Assembly: GCA_012295275.1 (NCBI GenBank)
Contig: CM022665.1
Coordinates: 25,978,001 to 26,042,000, forward strand
Direction: 5' to 3'
DNA from: Chrysomallon squamiferum
Lineage: Eukaryota; Animalia; Mollusca
DNA length: 64,000 nucleotides
In this document: piece by piece, positions 57,096 through 64,000 of the stretch
Numbering within the stretch: the first letter of the stretch is position 1
How the letters are laid out: every line of letters begins with the position of its first letter
Translations under genes and position numbers: made by a program
The notes under the pieces: model-generated
Databases searched by the model: none
What the model was told of the DNA's origin: nothing
What the model saw: only the letters and a program-made list of their open reading frames with translations

Positions 57096-58981
57096 CTGTC
57101 TGGACTCAGAATTACGGAACTGCGTTGTTGTCGAATATCTCAACTGTATCCCGCTGTGAGTAGACAGCGTTTTCGAGAAACCATGTAACATTTCTGGAAT
57201 TGATTTAGAGGCAATGAATGATGACATAGTTCGCATATCAAGTGTGTATTAGTAATAGGGTAAATGATTTTAAAATTGGTACCAATGTCGTAAACTAATA
57301 ATTATGTCTGTACGCTATAAAGAACATTAGGATATATATTTATATGTGTCATCATCATCGTCATCATCATCATGATGATCTTTATTATTATTATTATTAT
57401 TATTAAAGAGAATAAACATATAGTTAATTTTTATGATTGTTTACTAATATTGTAAAACAATACCGAATGGTAATAATTGTACTATTTTTATTTTTATTTA
57501 AAATCACGATCTCTGATAATATTTAATAATAGAGGCAGGTAGGTAGGTAGTTACACACTGTTCTGTACGATCCATTATTTTGAATTCTTTTCTTCTGTAG
57601 AATTTATGTGGACTTATAATTCTTTAAACTATATCACAAAATAAAACATGTACATAAAAACGGTATTTTCTGTTAAAGGTACACGGTATTAGCAAATGCT
57701 CTGAACTGATTAAATGTACATTTCTCCTTTGATCTGACATTAAGGAAACACTTGTGTGCCAGTATATTCCCACAAAACGTATAATAACTATTACAGGCCG
57801 AAATAAAACAAGTTGTTATATCAAGACGAGATAAAAGTCTTTGGTTGCCGTGGGAAATGATGTCCGGTTATAATGTTAATTAAGCTATCTAATTACATAG
57901 ATAAAACGCGTTAACCGTTAGGTTATATATAAATACATAATAAGAGTTTTAATATATATTTATCTTGCGATCACTCTTCGTAGAGGCAGGATATGATGAC
58001 TAGATACATTTCTATATTCTTGGGCAATGACAATAAAATAAATATATCTTTATAAAACGAAACTATATTTATTTCGATAAATTACTTGCTATTTACTTAT
58101 ATATATATATATATATACCATTCGAAGTTACTGCTTTAGTTATTAAAAGGCCATTTTGAAAAGGATTTTCATTTTTTTTAAATAATAATAAATTATTGTT
58201 ATTTAAGAACTATTTTGTTTTGATGTATAGTTTTTGTAAGCGACAACGAAATCAATAACGGTGAATACACTACTCCAGAGATCTGTTAGTTGAGAAATAA
58301 AGCAGTTAATTTCTTTCTTTTTTTTTTTTGGTGTTATTTAGCATTGCAGGATTAATTAAATGCTAACTGTGTTAAGATACCAGCTTTATCCTACAACACT
58401 ATGCTGTTTAATTTGCATAGTTATTTCTATATATATATATATATATTAACAACATATGTAGGCTGACATATTAATATTTGATCGACGCCGTTGAAAATAC
58501 CACTGAAAAAACAATAATATCCTGGCTTACTTGAAGTATTTTTTCAAACTTTTTAGAAACAAAGGCTTTCAAAACGATAAAGCTTTTCTTATTCAGCTGT
58601 TGGCGACAGACTGAGTTGAAATACTGTACGGTCCCCAAACAACCAGCAGGAGAGATGTAAACTTTTTTATTATTCAAATTATAACGCCGTCTAGGTGTGT
58701 AGATATGTTACAGTATTAAGACAGCTGTGAGATATTCTTCTGTTGTGTAATGATCAATAAATCTGGTGTTATATTTGATTCAGTTAGACAAGCTTCAGTC
58801 AAATAGAAATCACAGCATGTTTCCCATTTACGTCAGTGTGAAAAGTCACCTAGTGCTAAACTGATTTACAATTACAAATAGAAGAAATTATAACAAATAC
58901 GGTACAAATAACAATTTTGGAAAATATTTTAAGCTCTGAAAATAGAAAAGCATTTTCTTATGTTATCTGTTACCCTCTAGG

Positions 58982-59026
<45 letters not shown>

Positions 59027-59499
59027 CATTTATATGTCTATAGGTGTATGTATATATTTATGTATGCATGTAAGTATGTATGAATGTATGTATGAATATA
59101 TGTATGTGTGTGTATGTATGAATGTATATATACTGATATGTATGTATGAACATGCAAAACTACACAATGCTGCTCCATTTAGAAAATTTAAAATAAATCG
59201 AGTCATCATCTTTTCATTAACATCCAAATTACAATTCGGGTTGTTTTTTTGTGGGGGAGGTAGTTTGTGTGTTGGATTTTTTTTTTTTTTTTTTTTCCGA
59301 TATATTTTTGAAGCCTTATTCTAAAACAATGTTTTAATTAGAAACAGACATACCGACATGTCGTCCACTGTGTGGTAAAAATAGTAAGTACACGTAAAAA
59401 CATTTATTAGTATCAGGCACGAAAAGACACAACAGACGTTATGTCAAAAACAACAACGTTTTTTTTTTTTTCAGTTTCTGGACGGCACTTCGACAAGCT

Positions 59500-59785
59500 T
59501 CACAGATCTGAAACTGTTATAAACAATTTTCGAGATATCGCTTTATGACACCCACAAATCTGAGATATAAACAGAAAGTGTGAGATATCATTCATTGATG
59601 TATTGATCAGCGGTGTGAAACTGGGGTTATGTTAGACCGTGGCTGCGATATCGCTCAGTGATATATCGATCAGCCATATTGATGTGGAGAAGTGTAAGAC
59701 AAAGGGTGCGGTTCCATAGCAATGTGCATCAGAAATTGTTTTAGACAAAGGATAACGATATATTGCTCGGAACTGTATCGATCGA
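59500..59785. repeat. Degenerate ~55-65-bp tandem repeat
   Basis: Recurrent GAGATATC/GCGATATC...TGAT.TATYGATCAG motifs. Confidence 0.5.
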
Positions 59786-60769
59786 CGAACTAAGCACTAT
59801 TTTATAAAGTTTATTATTTATTTATTTATTATTAATTATGTTTTTGTATTTCTATTTTATTTATTTGTTTGTTTATAAATTAATTACGTATTTTTAAATT
59901 TATTTATTTATTATTATCACTACTACTAGTACTACTACTACTACTATTATTGCTACCAATTATTATTATTAATGCATTGTTTTCTTTTAATATTTCTAAA
60001 ACTTAAACAGATATAATAAAAAGAGACGTATGTTGTAATATCGTTTTTAAAAATGTGTTGTTATTTTGACGAGTGATGTTGAATAGCTACAGTGAATTAT
60101 GTCTACATCGTACTATATCACTATATGGTTCAGTAAAACCATTTATAGTTAATTACGATATGAAATATAGATTAATAAAATACTATATCAGAAATTAACT
60201 GAATACTGCAAGGTATGTAATTATAAGTATTTAGTACTAGATACAATTTTAATACTCTCTCTCTATATCTCTCTATCTCTCTCTCTCACACACACACACG
60301 CACGCACGCACCCAAATATAGACTTACGTCATACACATAATAAGTATGTGCATCAAAGCAATTAAGATATTTTAATCATTATTTTTAACATATTTAATTA
60401 TAAACAGTACTCAGTTTTGTTTTTCAGAAATTTTAGCTCTTTCTTCCTTTGCAGTTTTTCTTTGCTGTTATAAATAGCAATAACAGTAACATAATTATAA
60501 TAATAATTATTATATTTATTTAATTATTTTTCGCAATCATTTTGTATAGTATTATTTGCTAAAACGAAAGTGACATAAAGTGAAACAGCTGGACTTTTTA
60601 TTTCGAATTTCCTGTCAACAGGTAGGTAGGTTATAACACAGATAAGTCACACTTCAATGATTTCAAATGTTTTTCTGTTAAAACCAGTCACGGAGACATA
60701 CACCTAAATAATCTATTTATCTTACATGTGAAAAAAATACATACTGAAACACGCACGGTCACAGACACA

Positions 60770-61075
60770 CACACACATGTACATACACACATATATACAT
60801 ATTCACATATATACATGTACAATACACATGTACATACACACATATATACATATTCACATATATACATGTACAATACACATGTACATACACACATATATAC
60901 ATATTCACATATATACATGTACAATACACATGTACATACACACATATATACATATTCACATATATACATGTACAATACACATGTACATACACACATATAT
61001 ACATATTCATGTACAATACATATGTACATACACACATAGATATATATTCACATATATACATGTACAATACATTAA
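60770..61075. repeat. 51-bp minisatellite, about 5.5 near-identical copies
   Basis: Unit ACACATGTACATACACACATATATACATATTCACATATATACATGTACAAT, seen as a 17-aa repeat in the ORF track. Confidence 0.95.
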
Positions 61076-61295
61076 TGCGCACACATATATAATCATGAAG
61101 ATAAATATTTGAGAAATAAAATTCACTGGGTGTGTTTCAACTGACAGGTTAAATGAACTTTGAGTCTGTTGGTAGATAAACGTGATAAAGCATGCAGGGA
61201 GAGGAACCAAGCTAATTTCACATCATCATAATTTTTTAAGATTTGATAATGTTCTATTTTACTGACTAAAGAAATTTCCAATGGGATTAAAAACT

Positions 61296-61395
<100 letters not shown>

Positions 61396-61954
61396 ATCAA
61401 CATTTGATGTGTGAGTTCATATTTGTATGTTTGTGTGCTTGGGCATGCATGTACATTTGTGTGTATTTTTATGAACGTGTATAATTATATATGCACGTAA
61501 ATGTATGTATATATGTATATGGCTGAACATGTACTTGTACATGTAATAAATTGAGGAACTTTACAGTTTTATTTCCAAGCCAACTTTATCAGCATATAGG
61601 CAATCTCAATATACGTGTAGGATAAAAACATTATTGTTCATTTTATGAAGATGACTTCATACATGGTTTATCGAACGACAGTTTCTGAATATATTAATAT
61701 ATGTTATTATTTTCATGTAATTCGTCTGTGTGCCTCACATTATCTGTACGTTTTTACATGTGCATTTCTCTTAATGTGTATGAGGTGAACATATAATATA
61801 ATTATTTTATTATGCTGACATCAAATAACAAAAATAATTTCCACAGAAATTTAAAATAGTTTCTTCCTATTATTTCTTGTTCTTGAACAAATATTAAAAA
61901 AAAATAATAATAATAAAAAATAAAATAAAATAAAATAAATAAAATAAAATAAAA

Positions 61955-61993
<39 letters not shown>

Positions 61994-62198
61994 AATAAAC
62001 TGTGACTGCAGATGAAAACAGAAAATGAACGACATCTGAGAGAGCGATAGAGAGAAAGAAAGAGACAGAGAGAGAAAGATGTAAAGAGAGTGAAAGACAG
62101 AGTGACAGAGATGAAGTAAAAAAAAACTGAAAGAATAAGAGAGAGAAAGAGGGAGAGAGAGAGAGAGTTATAAAATCTCTAGAGTGTCTGTAACCTAC

Positions 62199-62315
62199 CT
62201 TTTTATAAACTTGGTAATTTGGATTATCCTCGATGTTGTGCTGGCTGTTGCCAAACATTGCCCCCGGGGTATTTGTGAGGGACTCCGACCGTTTTGTACT
62301 GTTCCGGTGACTCAT
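62199..62315 (-). CDS. RGS7: First coding exon (coding part) of an R7-family regulator of G-protein signalling (RGS6/RGS7/EGL-10-like)
   Basis: The minus strand reads MSHRNSTKRSESLTNTPGAMFGNSQHNIEDNPNYQVYKK (39 codons, ATG with A at -3) and ends in AAG|GTAGGT. EDNPNYQVYKK resembles the vertebrate RGS7 motif DESPNMLVYRK, which also ends at a phase-0 intron. It splices in frame to the 17853 exon. RGS6 versus RGS7 cannot be resolved; this is probably the single invertebrate pro-orthologue. Confidence 0.88.
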
Positions 62316-62366
62316 TATAATGCACCTGTGTCCCGCGTGCACCAACAAACTACTGAAAACACCCTG

Positions 62367-62417
62367 CTACGCTTGAGTTATTGTGCCAAGAAGTGCACGC
62401 TTTCCACACGAAGACAT
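62367..62417 (-). promoter_or_regulatory. uORF2 (16 aa, MSSCGKRALLGTITQA*)
   Basis: ATG at 62417-62415 and TAG at 62369-62367, ending 51 nt before the main ATG, in the same frame. Confidence 0.45.
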
Positions 62418-62438
62418 GTGCAGCTGAAAACTGCTTTT

Positions 62439-62513
62439 TCAAGAATCGATAACCAATTTCATGCATGGAACACTGTGCTGGCTTTCCACTGCCGTAGTCA
62501 GATCTAGTGCCAT
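62439..62513 (-). promoter_or_regulatory. uORF1 (24 aa, MALDLTTAVESQHSVPCMKLVIDS*)
   Basis: The ATG is the first three bases after the predicted acceptor; TGA at 62441-62439; same frame as the RGS CDS. Confidence 0.45.
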
Positions 62514-63129
62514 CTGTTTAACGAAGAAGAAGAAGAAAAAGAAGAAGAAGAAAATCACTCCTTGGTTAGAAGCGAGGGGATGATGATGCACAATATCACA
62601 GGTTAATTAATAATAACTTTTAGTTGTGTCCATGACGTGAATACAAGAAGAAAAAAAAATGAAGATGTGAAAAACGGTATCCAGAAAGAAATTCAAGTAT
62701 ATGATCCATATGACAGAAAAACACATCCGACACCAACACATCGGCAACACAAAAAACAAATGACTACATTATTTTCTTGGAAAATTCGAATCATTTTACA
62801 TACTAAGACATTTAATTTGTCTGGCAATTTTGTTGTGCGCACGATTTGACGGTTAAAGTATCAGTTACAACACTAGTAGTCCCGTTGGCAGAAGCCGGCA
62901 AATTTTTGAAATCCATATTGCACGGTTAGACCATGCCAACAGATTAAAATTGAAGAAAACAACAAAAAAAAAAAAAAAAAGAGAGAAAACGTCAGTGTTT
63001 TTGGTTTCTTTTTTTTTTTTTTTTTTTTTAGCCACCCGAAGAAACTATTAAAAACAATCAAGAAACCAATAACATAAATGCGATATGAAAAACAGAGTCT
63101 AAATGGTTAGTTATAGTGCAGTTTGGCCC

Positions 63130-63780
63130 TCTTTAATCCCTAGGATAAGTAGAGGAATCGTCTGTAGCTTCATTCTCTTGGAATCGACGGTCAGAGATCC
63201 GCTCAGACGAGCAGTCAGGCCTCCAGAGATTCCAACATAGCAAACTGAAACTAGAGCGTTGAAGATTTTTACACGCGATAACCAGCGTTCACTTCTTAGT
63301 GTCTGCTTTTAGAGAACGATTATCCGCTCAAATATATTTCCACAGCAGCAGTTTGGTTGTTGTTGTCGTGTTGTTAGGTGGCTGGCTTTTTTTCCCACTG
63401 CGAGATATATTTTTCAGCGTATGAAAGGATTTCTCGAATTCCTCGCAACCACCAAAGTTTACAGTGCAGTCCAGACTGGCGGTGGAGAAACACTAGCAAT
63501 GCGAATCTGACATATAACGGAATCGCAGCTGACCTCCATGTTGAATTCCATTAACGCCGATCGATTATTCAACAGCCGATTGGCTGAAGCTCCGCATCGC
63601 ATCGCGCATGGAGTGATAAAACAGAAGAACGAATGGAGAGAGAAAATCTGCTGCTGGTAATTGTGACGTCTAACGTTTCAGTAGTTTTCTCCCCTTGGTA
63701 ACACTCTACCAGCTAGTGGAAGTCGTTCAAATCCATATTATGTGTTCTGCATTTATCGAGTTTGAGAACGCTGATCAATA
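63130..63780 (-). promoter_or_regulatory. Candidate promoter / non-coding first exon region of the RGS gene
   Basis: Locally GC- and CpG-rich non-repetitive block. It has an NF-Y-type CAGCCAATCGG on the minus strand (plus ATTGG 63579-63583) and a CRE-like TGACGTCT at 63664-63671. I found no strong splice donor, so the true first exon may lie elsewhere. Confidence 0.45.
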
Positions 63781-64000
63781 AGAAAATAACAAAAATAACT
63801 TTTCTTGTTTAATCTTTAACAATGCATTACTTAGTTTTTAAAAAAGCTTATGAAAATAATCGATGATTTTTGCATCGAAGCTGCTAAACTAAACATGAAG
63901 AAGAGCTTAAAAAATAATAATAAAAAAAAAAAAATAATAATAATAAAAAAAAAAATATTAAAAGAAAAGAAAACTAACAAAATTAAACAATGATAAAAAA

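Larger units (their letters stand above)
62316..62513 (-). other. 5' UTR portion of the exon carrying the RGS start codon
   Basis: On the minus strand a long (CTT)n/T polypyrimidine tract (plus 62523-62554 gaagaag...) is followed by GTTAAACAG|, a strong acceptor placing the exon start at 62513. In-frame stops upstream of ATG 62315 indicate it is untranslated in the main frame. Confidence 0.65.

Noticed and set aside
60688-61112. Repetitive 103-115-aa ORFs on both strands
   Set aside because: Translations of the 51-bp minisatellite.
61851-62198. Continuation of the 165-aa minus-strand ORF beyond VYKK
   Set aside because: It reads through the donor into intronic CT- and T-rich repeats.

Overview
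AT-rich, microsatellite-laden animal genomic DNA, most likely a mollusc (gastropod-like SINE remnants; the taxon is inference). It is not prokaryotic: there are no operons, CRISPR arrays, rRNAs or recognisable tRNAs. The window is almost entirely the 5' part of one minus-strand gene, an R7-family regulator of G-protein signalling (RGS6/RGS7/EGL-10 homologue). Two coding exons are supported: 62315-62199 (MSHRN...EDNPNYQVYKK) and 17853-17757 ([33 protein letters not shown], start of the DEP domain). A 44,345-bp phase-0 GT-AG intron joins them, and I could not find the next exon within the remaining 17.7 kb. Apart from the two that overlap these exons, the ORFs in the supplied track look like noise from simple repeats. 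The most notable non-coding signals are: a CpG-depleted to CpG-retaining switch at about 41.5-42.5 kb inside the big intron; two uORFs in frame with the RGS start; a Tigger4/Zombi-like MITE; a 2.2-kb satellite with higher-order structure; minisatellites apparently derived from a SINE core; and a perfect 26-bp-arm palindrome. I found no convincing novel multi-gene system.
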